Shown in pieces: positions 1 through 12,129 of a stretch of DNA of 64,000 nt; the first letter of the stretch is position 1, and every line of letters begins with the position of its first letter. The stretch is from Utricularia gibba (Eukaryota; Plantae; Magnoliophyta), in contig NEEC01000018.1 in NCBI GenBank assembly GCA_002189035.1, positions 372,001 through 436,000 of the forward strand, given 5' to 3'. Under the pieces are notes generated by a model. It was not told the origin of the DNA and ran no database searches. It saw only the letters and a program-made list of their open reading frames with translations. The translations under genes were made by a program, and so were the position numbers.

Positions 1-2700
1 TAAAAACATTTTGAAGGACTTAAGATCAATAAAAGGTCCCATAAAGTTATCACTGAATCTATAAGCTATCTCATGCAAGTGTATATACAAAGAACAATGA
101 AAAAAACTCTTGGATAATCAGATTTTCATTGATTGCATTGTTGCAACATTATTTCTCATTACTAATATGTTATCCACGTATAGTATGAGAAATATGGTTA
201 TCAAGCCATTTAACTTCTTCTATACACAAGGTTCATCTTCATTTTGAGAGAAACCAAACTCTTTGATCATCTCACCAAATTTGATATTCCAACTTCTTGA
301 ACCTTGCTTTTACCCATAAATGGATTTGTTTAGTTTACATACTTTACTAGGATCTTGTGTGAAATCTTCAAGTTGTGTCATGTACACTTCCTCAGCTAAA
401 TTTCCATTTAGGAAAGCTGTTTTCACATTAATCAACCATATCTCATAATCAAAATGAGCAGCAATGGCAAGTAAAATTCGAATGGACTTTAGCATAGCAA
501 CACATAAGAAGGTTTCGTCATAATCAATACCTTGTTTTTTACAATACCCTTTTGTCATAAGTCGTGCCTTATAGGTAGATATATTTCCATCCATGTCAGC
601 TTTCCTTTTGAATACCCATTTGCATCCAATAGGATTTACTCCATCTGGAGCATTGACCAATGTTCTCATACATGGAATCCATTTCTGCGATCATGGCAAC
701 AAGCCATTTATTTGACTCAACACTTCTGATTGCTTCGTCACAAGTCCAACGTTCCTCATCTAATATGAGATCACCCATGCCTTCAACATCAACAATAAAA
801 CCATATCTTATTAAAGGGTCACATTGTCGGACTGATCTTATGATAGAAAATGTGCTTGGTGCATTTGGCAAGTGAGATTGCTCAGGTTGATTGCTTACTA
901 GTACATTACCAGCTTTTGGGATACAATTTCGAGATGGTGAGCCTAGGTTAACTTTTGAGTCACCCATTGGTGCCTCTATAGGTGTTGTTGACTCTTCTGA
1001 ACCATCTCTTCAAGTTCAAAACGACTCCTACTTGCTTCTTTGAGGAGAAATTTTTTCTCTAGAAAGACAGCATTCCTTGAGATGAAAACCTTTCCCTCTT
1101 GAGGATGATACAAGTAGTATCCCTTAGTTTTTTTTGTGGATATCCCAAAAAGAAACATTTATCAAATTTGTTCTCCAACTTATCTGACTTCAACCTTTTT
1201 ATATAAGCAAGTCATTCCCAAGCTTTGAGGTAGGAGAAACTTGATTTTCTACCAGTCCAAATCTCATAAGGAGTGGTTTCAACCGATTTCGATGGGGACT
1301 TGTTCAAAACATGAGCCACTGTCTCATAAGCTTTGGTAGTTCTGCAAAACGCATTATGGATTGAACCATGTCAAGCAAAGTTCAATTTCTCCTTTCAAAA
1401 ACACCATTGTACTCAGGTGTATCAGGAGGAGTTCTTTCTGAGACAATATCATTGTCTTTCAAATGATTCTTGAGTTCATTACTCAAATATTCCCCACCAC
1501 GCTCAAGTTGGTTCTCGACCTCTATCCGAAACTCTTTGAACTTTTCAAAGGCTTCAAACTTGCATTTCATCAAGTAGATGCATCTATATCTTGAATGGTC
1601 ATTTGTAAAAGTGATGAAATACGAGAAAACTCCTCTAGGAGTGATATTCATTGGGCCACATACATCAAAATGTATTAAATCAATAAATTTTCAGTTCTTT
1701 ATCCTTTTCCCAGAAAAAGGTTGCTTTGTCATTTTGTTCAATAAACAGGATTCACATGTTTACTAAGATTCATAATCTTCTGAGTCCAAATATCCCAATC
1801 GATATAAATACTCAACACGCTTCTTGTTTATGTGGCCTAAACAACAATGCTAAAGGTATGAATTCAAGACATTGTCAATCCTTGGCATTTTTATACACAT
1901 GTGAATTTGTTCTTAATCATACTGATCCAAAACATATTTTTCGTTTACTATCATCCTAATACCATAATGCACATTCTCACGTCGTATGGAAAAACAATTG
2001 TTCTTTATAAAAAATTCGAAACCAATCTTGTCCAAATAAGAAATAGAGACGATATTGTTAGACAATGAGGGAACATAATGAATAGAATCTAATTCAAGAG
2101 ATAATCCTGAAGATAGGGCGATGTGGCAAGTCCCAACTGCCATGGCACCAACTTGTGCATTATTCCCAACTCTTAGGTCAACATCGCCTTTCTTCAAGAT
2201 TCAACTACTTATTAGTGCAACTGTAAGCACCATAACCAGAATCTAATACCCATGAACCATTCTTGATAGTAGTGCTAATCTCAATCATGTGTATACCTAA
2301 AGCTAAATTCCCATTCTGCTTCTTGCCCTTGATTGACTCTAGGTAAGCTTTGTAGTTTTTCTTCCAATGACCAAATTTCCCACAATGAAAACATTCACCC
2401 TTAGCCGGTTTTTCAATTGACTTCTTCTTCTTGATCTTACTTTTAGCTTTGAGTTTCTTGTCTCTACTCTTCTTCTTGGAAACCGTTTTCCTTGAAGAGA
2501 CAAGCATGACATTCTTTTGTTCCTTTGTGATAGTTGTCTCAATAGACTTAAGTAATTGAATTAACTCAGGAATAGTTTGATCCATTTAATTGATCTTTAT
2601 CAAATGTAATCTACTTCCACTATGTCTTTTGAGATGGTAACCCCCTTTACTAACAAAATGAGAAAATCAAATTTTCTTAGGGGGATAGTGTCCCATTTCA
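1..2700 (-). mobile_element. Degenerate Ty1/copia LTR retrotransposon gag-pol (Angela-like), runs off the left edge
   Basis: Minus-strand fragments in copia order: gag zinc knuckle (CFHCGKFGHWKKNY, 2205-2585), protease (WVLDSG; GDVDLRVGN, 1913-2197), integrase (YFITFTNDHSRY; TPPDTPEYNGVFERRN, 1382-1651), RT (YKARL; QGIDYDETF; MLKSIRILLAIAAHFDYEIW; VKTAFLNG, 310-669). Many stops and frameshifts. The MLKSIRILLAIAA motif suggests Angela (recalled). Confidence 0.92.
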
Positions 2701-3119
2701 TTCATCTCCACCTTGACTGTAGCCAGTAAGCTTTAATGAATGAAACATGTAGTCATCTTATGCTAATTGTATCTCTCATACAATCACTATATCATTGAGT
2801 CATCAACTCTTGATGTAAAAACTATTTACCTCAATCTTTCCTCCAATTTTACCGACCTTGGCTTTAGTCAACAAGTTGATAAAACCAATTAAGCCAACTC
2901 ACTTTGAATCTAATTTCATAATTTGAACATGCCATGTATAGTGGAGAGCTTGATAGTAGTAAATAACTCAAATAACTCTATGCACTAAAAATGACTCTTG
3001 ATCTCTTTATGTCAATGGAATAAATAAGTTTAATTATTTAGTAGGGGATTTTTCCATAGGTAACTCTTGCACTATGAATATTGATGTCCTATTAGATAGG
3101 CATCTTGACAATCCTTGTC

Positions 3120-6100
3120 TTTTCGTTCATAACACATCGCTTGACAATGTAAGACTTGTAATCTCTTCTAGAATTGATCAAGGAGATTTGTTTTTTTGAA
3201 GGAGATAGAGATTGTTATATTGATGATTCATGCCAATCAGAGTCTTGGAATGCAAGCCCTGAATATAGCAAAGATGAGGGTCAAACGTAATGTGGCATTT
3301 GTTCTATGAGGTAATTTTGTGGACAAAAAAGAGATTAACGTGGAATTGAGGTACATAGAGAATATTTTGTAGGCATAAAGTAGAACTAATGATCAATATG
3401 CCCACATATGTCACATTAACCTTCATTCCATTAGAAAAGCTAACATAGGTTGATGTGGGATTGAAATTAGAAAACAAGTGTAAACTAGAACGCATATAAT
3501 CACTTGCCTCTAAATTTATAATCCATATGTCAGGTGATGATAGCATGCATTTGGGAACAAATCAGGTATGGAGTTCATGAGAGAAACAAGGTGTACTCAA
3601 AAAAGGCACAACTATAGTGGGCTTTATGTTTTTAGATTTTGCTGCTTGTAGATGTTTGATGCGTGTTATTTCCACAACAAATTTTAATATTTTTAAAACT
3701 CGTAAAACACAGAAGTGTAGTACGGGTGTCAAACACAGGGAGTTGTTTTTCAATGAATGATGAGGTTACACCGAATACAACTATCACGATTTGTAAACAG
3801 TTTTTTAAGTAAAGGTACGAGAAACATAAATGATGTTTGAGTAAGGAGGTAAGAGGGTTTTAAGAAAACAACAGAAATAAACACAAGCGATGAACCTTAA
3901 CTAACGTGAATGTTCATGGGTTGGAATCCTGTCCAGCTATGTTCGTTGCATCTTCACTCTTCTTTGGTCTTCTCGCGTACTCGATCATAGAAGTAAGGAA
4001 TTGTCTACCTTCCCTTACACTCTCTTGCAAGAAGGCACGGGAATAGCCCGACATTGCTCCTCCTTAGACGAACATGAAGATAAAAGGTTTTGCCAACATA
4101 CCTTCACGACCAAATTGCGCGTGTGTGCCTAAGTGTTGCCAATGACCCAATAAGTCTATATACAAGGTCTCTATTTGTCCATTAATCCTGAGGTATGGCC
4201 ATAGACAAAACATTGTCTTCCTCCTGCCAAAAGGCCATAGAGTTGGTACCCTCTACCTTGCCCCTCTCCAAAACTCGCGGGAAGTGATCAGCTAATCATG
4301 AATCTTGAATAAGGGTACTATTACAGAAAGACTGTAATCATAGTCGTGCAAAGACATACGGAACCTGTTCAGATTCAAAGAAGAGATGAAGATAAGCTAA
4401 CGAAATGTAGATCTGGGGGTATCCCAACCCAGAAAAGGAAGTTTCTAGCTGCAAATGGCCATACAAACTAAAGAAAACGAAAGCATATTCTAGAGAGAAG
4501 CTAGAGAATAATCCTCTAGAGAGAGAAACAAAAGTCTAAATTGAATTGAAAATTCTAAAAACTTGTTCGAACTGAACTGAGCTGAACTATTTTGTCTGAG
4601 TTTTCATGTTCCTCTGGTTATGCTGGACTTGGGGTGACTTGCAAGGAAGCTTCTGTTCTGACAATGGTATGCTAATGATTTCGTCTATCAAAAACTCCTG
4701 TGTTCCGCACGTCAAGGCTCATGATTCGGCGTCTGCAGTCTTCTGGAAATCAAGGGGGTGTCAGCTCGGGAAGATCCATTTTGTCGCCATCTGTTGCCCT
4801 CGTTCTCTCACTTCCTGCCACGTGTGTGCCTTTAGAAAAACTTAAATAAAACTAGCAAAAATATTAGATAAAATATAAGATTTAGGATAATTACCCTAAA
4901 CTAGATAAAAGTCTAAATCTCATATTATAAACTCCTAATTAGACAATTCTAATCACATCTAGACATAAAAACAATATAATAAATAGTGAGAAATTGACAC
5001 TTAACAATGATGTACGATGATCTCTTTGTAAAAGTGATTTTGGGCCCTCTATTTTTGGAACTTCATGATGCTGTTCTTGTCCCTGTGCCACAATGTTATT
5101 AGCATAAGTTTGTTTTGACCAAGCACTAGGTCTATGCAAGTCACTTTTGTGTTTGTAATGAGCTTCATCTTATGACCTTCATAACAACCAACAATTTTGT
5201 AGCATTTATCCACGATGTGGTTGTGAAGTCCACAATATGTGCAATCAGTTTCAGCTGGCCTTGAAGAATTAGGAAAATGATAATAGTTTTTAAAGGCATA
5301 GTTAGAGCACCCACAATACTTGCAAACAAACTTTGAGGAATCCTTGATATTCATGGCTGACCTTATTGATCCTCATTTGCCCATATGTGTCATGAGTACA
5401 AAACTTTCTATGAGTGTGGGGAGGACAAGAACCTTTCAGTATTGCTCTTTCTAAAAAACTACATTATACACCTCATCAAAATTGCGAGGATCAGCTCTAA
5501 CAAACATCGATGATCGTATTGCATTATATTCTTTATTGAGAGAGGTCAGAGACTTAAACACTCTATCCTTGAAGGCTTGGAGCGATATTCATCATATTCT
5601 TCAAAATATTCATTTTTGCCCTCCCTACATTACAATGTAGTAAAGGCTGATGGAGATCATATTCTTCCCAAAAGGCTGTGAATTTATTGAATAAATTATC
5701 AACAATGTGGGTGCCCCTGAATTAAAGTTACCAATTTCATGTTTGGAGTTGAGCCACCTACCAAATCTCTAAGGTAGAATCCATCAATTGTATTATTTCA
5801 ATAGTATTGGGTTCAACACATCGATTCAACCAAGAAACCACCATTTCATTGCAACATTCCTAATCATCATAGTGAGGATCTGATTTTTCTAGGTTCTAAG
5901 CATCACCATTGATAAAGCTAAGTTTTAGCCTAATAGAGTGTCCCCTTCTGACTTGATGCACCTAGGTGAAGTAATTGGATCATTTCATAGGTACGTAGGT
6001 TAGCATGATTTCTCCATAGTATGTAGAGAGAATAGGGAAAGGGGATACTACAGCTAAAATATTTGTTCTGCTCATCAATGTCGCAAGGAGTTGTTTGAGA

Positions 6101-6200
6101 AACTCATATGAAACCATGGGAAAAACTGGTTTAACTATATTGATTTGAAGTTGGAGAAGGAACAACGGAGTTCCATGCTCGGATATTGTATAAGAAAATC
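3120..6200 (-). mobile_element. Degenerate Ty1/copia (Ale-like) gag-protease fragment, split by a solo LTR
   Basis: gag N-terminal remnant (..LSFING, ~5900), Cys/His knuckle CTYCGLHNHIVDKCYKIVG (5049-5354) and protease WIINLEASDYM...LCLQNILYVPQFHVNL (3304-3546). Interrupted at 3758-5006. Confidence 0.8.
3758..5006 (-). mobile_element. Solo LTR, Athila-type family A (1249 bp)
   Basis: Reverse complement starts TGTTAAGTGTC and ends ...CCTCATCA. It shares blocks with the LTR at 60310-61487 (TTACAGTCTTTCTGTAA; GGCTATTCCCGTGCCT; GAGTGTAAGGGA; AATTAGGAGT). Flanks ATGAA / ATGAT give a 4/5 TSD. Confidence 0.85.
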
Positions 6201-6579
6201 AGAGTCTAGAGGAGAATATCTTGCGAGGATCATGTTGTCGGAGGATTTTGAATGAATATAGAGAATTGTTTTGTAAAATGTTTTAATACAATATCTCTAC
6301 TTGTACAACATATTTATATACAATAACTCTTAGATATATGTGTACAACTGTCACATTTCTATTAGTATATAATGAGCTAGTGCTAATGTTTCATCTTATC
6401 CAACGACAAGTTGTTGCATATTATGTGGACTTCCTTGATATGGGATTCAACAATGAGTGGTTGTCTTTTAATAATTTTGATATACCCAAGTCATTTTTTT
6501 TAGTTCAAAATATTGACTTTTTCTCCTTATTCTTGGATTTATTCTTGCTCATGGGTACAACCTTCACAAATTACAAGTT

Positions 6580-8830
6580 AAGGGTCGACATCTAAACCTT
6601 GACTCGGTGAGTTAGGGTCGATGAGTTGAAGGCCTTGACCCCTCATTCGAGTTGACCCATTTTATTTAATTAAAACATAATTTTAATTAAAATATACCTT
6701 GAAAATTAAATAAATCATACAAAATCATTATAAAAAAAGAATATAAAGTATAAATTCATTTTGTATGATTTTATGTTTTTCTCCTCCTTATTCCAAGCTT
6801 GGGACTATCAATGTAAAACATTAACAGAGCTAAAAACGTTTTTTGGTTAGTTACATTTAAAAAATTAAAGAAAATAAAACAAAACAAAGATAAATTTACT
6901 TAGTTTTTGAAGAGGATGAATCATCATCATCATCATTGTCATCCTTGAAGAAATTTTGTAATCTTTAATCCGCAGCAATCCAATCTTTTAGGCAAATGCA
7001 AGCTTCCAAGGTAGTTGCAAATAACGATGGTCTTGTAGAAGTTAGAAATCTACCTAACAAACTAAACACACTCTCGAATACAACCATGGAGGCAGGTGTT
7101 GTTAGGATGTCTCTTGCAACTTGTCATAAAGTATGATAAAGAGAAACTTGTGTTTTATACCACTTCAAAATAAAGGTGTCTCCCTTGAAATGATGCTGAT
7201 GAGTTGCATTGTACAAAACAACCTCATTAGCTTTTATGGTTTTGTTTGATGAAGCAGCTATCATAGAGTAATAATCATAAGAAGCAAATATAGGGGCACC
7301 AATCTCATGGCTAGATGTTGTGTTACCAATATCAAGTTCATATAAATCATACACGGGTGACAATGATTCAACAACATTATCATACATACTTTTAAAATCT
7401 AAACATTTCCCTACAAAACTAAAATTATTCAAATAATCACAAAAAAATTCAATCCCATTTGCAAACCAATAGCTTTTACACATGGTCAAGCATATTAGTA
7501 ACAAGGAATAAAGCAGGTATGGTTTCAAAATACTTTAAAAACCTTTTGACCATAGTGGTAATAATAGCGACAATGATCTTATTGTTAAAAAACTTGTTAA
7601 CATAGCAGCTATAGAAACTAAAGCAAGTAGCATAAGATGAGTAATAGGATAATAAATGCCAATAAAAATCTTCATAATCTTGTAGAAAACTTCCAATAAT
7701 TAAATTAGAATATCAAATTTCACATAAATATCATCATGAATTTAAATATCTAGCTCATTATGCATACTCAAAAACAATGAAACAATATCTTTATATGGAA
7801 TAAAAGACCTAAGTATAATAAATGTAGAATTCCACCTAGTGGATGAATCTCCTTCTAAAGTTCTAAAAGGAACATTTTTAATTTCACATAGTTGTTTAAA
7901 AGAAGTTTTATAAATACTAGATCTTTTACTTACCAATTTATATATAAAAGCCAATGCATATTTCATATCATTTAAGTCTATAGCATCTTGCAGACACAAA
8001 TTTAGAATATGGCAAATACATATGGATCTAAAAAACATCTATTTAACATAGGATTCATAGATGACTTCTAGATTATAATAGTAGTAGCATTATTAGAGGC
8101 ATTATCAAGATTGATATTGAAAATATGATCAAGAATTAAATACTCAATGCAAATATTAATAATAAACTCAGCTGTTTGTATATCAATCCAAGAATTCTCT
8201 TTTGCACTATTCATTGGCTATCAATCCAATGAATACTTAAAACAATATGATATTCTCCAATATCTCCACATTTACCATTGATATCAAAAAAAATTAAACT
8301 AAACATATGATATCTAATAATTTGAAGAATCAAAATCCCAAAAATCATGAATCATACTAGTATAAATCAATATACAACAAATTAGAAATGGAAAAAAAGG
8401 ATTGAACAAGGGTTTCAAAGCAATTAACAGACACAAAATAAAAAAAATAGGAAATTCAAGAAAAATAAAAAAATAGAAATTAAAGTAATGATGGTTAAAA
8501 GTTTAAGAATCAGTTCTTCAAACAAAAAATTGCAATTATTGTTGGTAGTCATGTAATTGAGACTGAAAAACAAAACGTTGGTCTCTACTTAGGTTTAATG
8601 AAGAAATAGAATGCAATGCAAGCTTTAAATTTAAATATTATAATGAAAAATTGGGTTTAGTTGTTAGCCCGTTAGTCCAAACTTTAAATTTTTGTAGAAA
8701 AATTGAAAAAAAAAAATCAAATTTTACCTTAAACTAGGCTTAACTCACCAGGTCAATCCTAACTCATTTTCCATGAATCCAAAATCCGACCCTAGATGGG
8801 TTGACTCGTCGGATTTACGAGTCGACGCTG
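6580..8830 (-). mobile_element. Decayed hAT (Ac/Tam3-like) DNA transposon with transposase pseudogene
   Basis: Motifs CICHILNL and TRWNST (7742-8038), plus a dimerisation domain read by hand at ~7030-7125 (VARDILTTPASMVVFESVFS). Imperfect terminal inverted repeats AAGGGTCGAC (6580) and GTCGACGCTG (8821-8830), 8/10 match. No TSD found. Confidence 0.85.
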
Positions 8831-10887
8831 ACTTGTGTCCAGATCTATTGTTGCTTCACAAATACTCCTTTGACACAATATTTGACTCATCATAAATCAA
8901 TAGGATGACCGCATTGTTTCATAAGGAACTCTATTACTAAATAAAGTCATAATTTTTGTTAAAAACATTAACCCCCGAGAGATGGAAGCGACAAACAGAG
9001 ACAACGCGAAATTTGGCTCTCGGTTCAAGGGTTGGACTCCAATAGAGTTTCATCGGAAGACGGCACGGGCCCAGTCCATTGGAGATGCTTGGCGTGCAAC
9101 TGCGAATCATCTGTGTCGAATTTGGCATTATAAATATCATCCTGGACGCTGATTCTTTATTTATGACTCATGGATCTGAATCTTCAGAAGTGCCATAATT
9201 CTGGTTTGTTGGCAATGAATTAACTACATCGCACATGAAAATGAAACTTCCACGCCAAATAACTACAGCACTGTAGTATCTGTGGCAAGCTGTTGCTTTT
9301 CTTGTTGTTCAGGTTAAGTGTATGACTGATGACAGTTTTTTTACCTGCTTGAATGTGGAACATGTTTTTCAATCTTCCAAGGAGCCCCACTGATGAAGTA
9401 AATGCAATCTCTTTTCTTTGTAAGAGAACTCATAAGCAAATCGTGTAATGCTTTACACTGGTGGATGAGATACATTAACGAGCGTTTCGAATAGGGGCTT
9501 CACTTAAACCTACGTCGATTATGTTCGATTTTCACATTTTCAGATTGATGGGTTTTCTGTTACACCTTCCTCTTCTTTGCCCTTTTCGTTTGGAGCCTTA
9601 AATTGAGACCTGTTGCAATATGTTGTAGGACCAAGTCCTCGTATGAAGTGAAGTGCATTACTTGACGAGGATGCTGCAGAAGCGAAGCTGCTGCTGGCTA
9701 CGACTGGTGGGGTTGCAACTTCCAGGCAGATGACTCTGTCAGGCCGAGGACAGCACCAGACTCATGACATTTCTTTCCCACTGTCTAAAATTTTACGCAG
9801 TTTGGTGAACCTTTTATCCACTACGGGAAAAAATCGCAAGTTTGGCACTTTCTTTCTTGTTTTCAAAAAATATCTTTAAATCAGTTTGAGTAAACACATC
9901 AATCTTTTTGAAGATACGAAAATAAGGCATTATCCATAATGTGGGTTGGCAGGCAGGAGGCATTTGTGGGCATTGATTTGTAGCATGAAATGTACGAATT
10001 GTTGGGTTAGGTGAAGCTAAAAGTAACATGGGGTGGGGTGTGCGGTGACGAAGAGCGAGTAATGATCCTTGGACCATGGAGAGATGCATAGATAGATAGA
10101 TATTCCCGTAGCAGCAGCAGCAGCAGCAACAGCGTAGCACACCCCACCCCCACCCCACACAGGCAGCCGGCAGAGCGCAGGAGCAGGCACTGCACTGCGT
10201 CAATGAAGGATACGATACGCATGCAGCAATTAATGTTCACAAGCACTGCAGCTTTCCTCGACGATGCCAAGAATAGAGAGGCCCTTGTCTGGCTGCCTTC
10301 CGGCGCGAGTTGAGGTCCAAGTCCAAGGCCAAGGGATGGCTGGCTGGCTGTGTGGTCCACCCTACCCGATACGTTATATGTTCTCATCACATCTAAGCGA
10401 TTTTTTGTTAAGGGCTAGGGGATGGATTTCTTTACTTATTTAAGATATGCAGCTTAAATTGTCTTCAACATGATCACATTTGATTTAGTATTATAACAAA
10501 ATATCAACATGTTTTAGCAAAATCAGCGTATAAAAATAGAGATAAAAACATTTGATACAGCATGAAAAGATATTTTATTATTTAATGCATGACTATCATG
10601 GAACATAAACTAATTTTCTAGTTAAGTTTCATATATGAATAATCCCCTCTTACACAATGCTCTTTACCAAACACGTTCAAATTTTATCAAATTTAACATC
10701 TGTATGCAAACTAACCTGGAACAAATTGTTCAGGGGGTTTTAAATCACATATTACACATATCCTAGATGCAATAAGATTAAGGTAAGATCGTGGAAAATA
10801 ATGATTTAGGGAAGAAGGCAGTATATATGCATGGACTGCACTCGCAAATGGTTCACATAATCTGACTGGTTATTGAATGATGAGTGC

Positions 10888-11418
10888 CTACGGTTGATAT
10901 AACCTATTCCCACACCTGCACTTCCAAGCCAGAAGATAGTAGCTGTCATTGTCGTGCTCGTCGCCATCCTTATCTCCGTTCAGCAGCGAAAGAGAAGGAG
11001 AAGAAGAAGAAGAAGATGATGATGATGATGATGCCGATGAAGATGATGGACGAGGATCTGCGTTCATGTTTGTGAGGCGGTGTGGTGGAATTACGAGAGT
11101 CGCCTCGCAAGGTCTGCATCTCATGCATTTGTCCAGGCACGCAGGGGGCCTTGACCCCAACACTATCTTCCTCATTTCTGGCCTTTTCGCTTGCCCTTGG
11201 TTTCCTGAAACGGCCACCCCAAAACATTTACTTAGTGCGGTCCATGCTGAGGTCATTGGAAGCAAACAACTAAAGCTTTAGAGCAGGGATTGCTTGTAGA
11301 TTACCTGAACCCAGGCAGAGGATAAGAAGGATGGAAAGAAAGAAGGCTTTGAGACGCACAAGAGCCCCCCGGTGCTGCAGTTAGCAGGAGAAGCGAATGC
11401 TTTTATTTTCAACGACAT
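10888..11418 (-). CDS. EPFL8: EPIDERMAL PATTERNING FACTOR-like secreted cysteine-rich peptide (EPFL8-like); 2 exons; 1-nt frameshift as sequenced
   Basis: Exon 2 (10888-11204) encodes GSRPPACLDKCMRCRPCEATLVIPPH...YYLLAWKCRCGNRLYQP*, the six-Cys EPF domain. Exon 1 (11305-11418) has an ATG and a signal-peptide-like LVRLKAFFLSILLILCLGS ending at a GT donor in the correct phase. Total is 431 nt, one short of a multiple of 3; one extra G in the run at 11365-11370 restores the frame. Confidence 0.88.
10991..11046. repeat. Compound (GAA)n(GAT)n microsatellite inside the EPFL8 coding region, encoding poly-Ser
   Basis: gagaaggagaagaagaagaagaagatgatgatgatgatgatgccgatgaagatgatg read directly. Confidence 0.9.
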
Positions 11419-12129
11419 GCTTCAGGACGCAGCTTTCCGGGAGAGAGTGGCGGAGATGAAATGAAACAGAAAGCTTTGGAGTTCGACACCTCTTAAAAAG
11501 AGTAGTTTACTATCACCATTATTAGTATGTCAATTAAATGATTGTCTGACACTGGCAAACAAACGCCGTATGACTCCTCACTAGTCACTGCAGAAAACAA
11601 TGTAGTGTAGTGCAGTGTACTGCTATGACTTCTGTCTTGAAGGAAAGTGGCTGGTTTCTTTTCTTGGGAATCTTTCATCTCTTTCAGCTGGCTCGCCATT
11701 CTCAATCTCAAACTGTTTTCCATCGTTCACCTAACTGCTGGGGGTTACTGACAACCATTTTTCGTTTCTTCAGAAACGATCTGCGACTTCCCAAGTCTGA
11801 ACCTCGTCCCCTTCCCATGCCATTAGACTAAGAAGAGTCAAGTTGGATAGACTCAATTCTAAATATGTAGATTCAAGTTGGGATTTTAGTAGCTTTTGCA
11901 GCTACTAGATGAATTGCGTTCAAAGCTCAAGGATCACCAAAGAGCGTTTTCGCTTTCTTTTTTTGTTTTTGGTAGCATAAACCAGAAATATTCCAAGAGC
12001 TGTGTTTTTAAAGAATGCAATTAGAAAATAAGTATAATATGAAGAAGAATTAGTTCTGATAGCTAACAGTAAGTAAAGCGAGTTGGATCCAGAGAACAAA
12101 ATTGAGCCTGAGTGCCATTTTGTTCTCTT

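Noticed and set aside
9325-9397. Box C/D snoRNA candidate (TGATGA ... CTGA)
   Set aside because: No terminal stem and only about 8 nt of possible rRNA complementarity. These boxes occur often by chance.
9655-9680. Possible miR172 target mimic (minus strand CTGCAGCATCCTCGTCAAG, with a 3-nt bulge)
   Set aside because: miRNA positions 1-5 do not pair (TAATG instead of ATTCT), so it fails mimic criteria and is likely chance.
10185-10207. miR397-like complement (CTGCACTGCGTCAATGA)
   Set aside because: Needs a 4-nt bulge in the seed and the 3' half pairs poorly. No hairpin partner was seen.
9814-10390. ORFs of 129 and 127 aa with poly-Cys/poly-Leu
   Set aside because: The runs come from a (GCA)n repeat. 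No recognisable domain, and the two frames overlap.
10884-11281. Plus-strand ORFs with poly-E/D or poly-K/M
   Set aside because: Antisense readings of the EPFL8 microsatellite.
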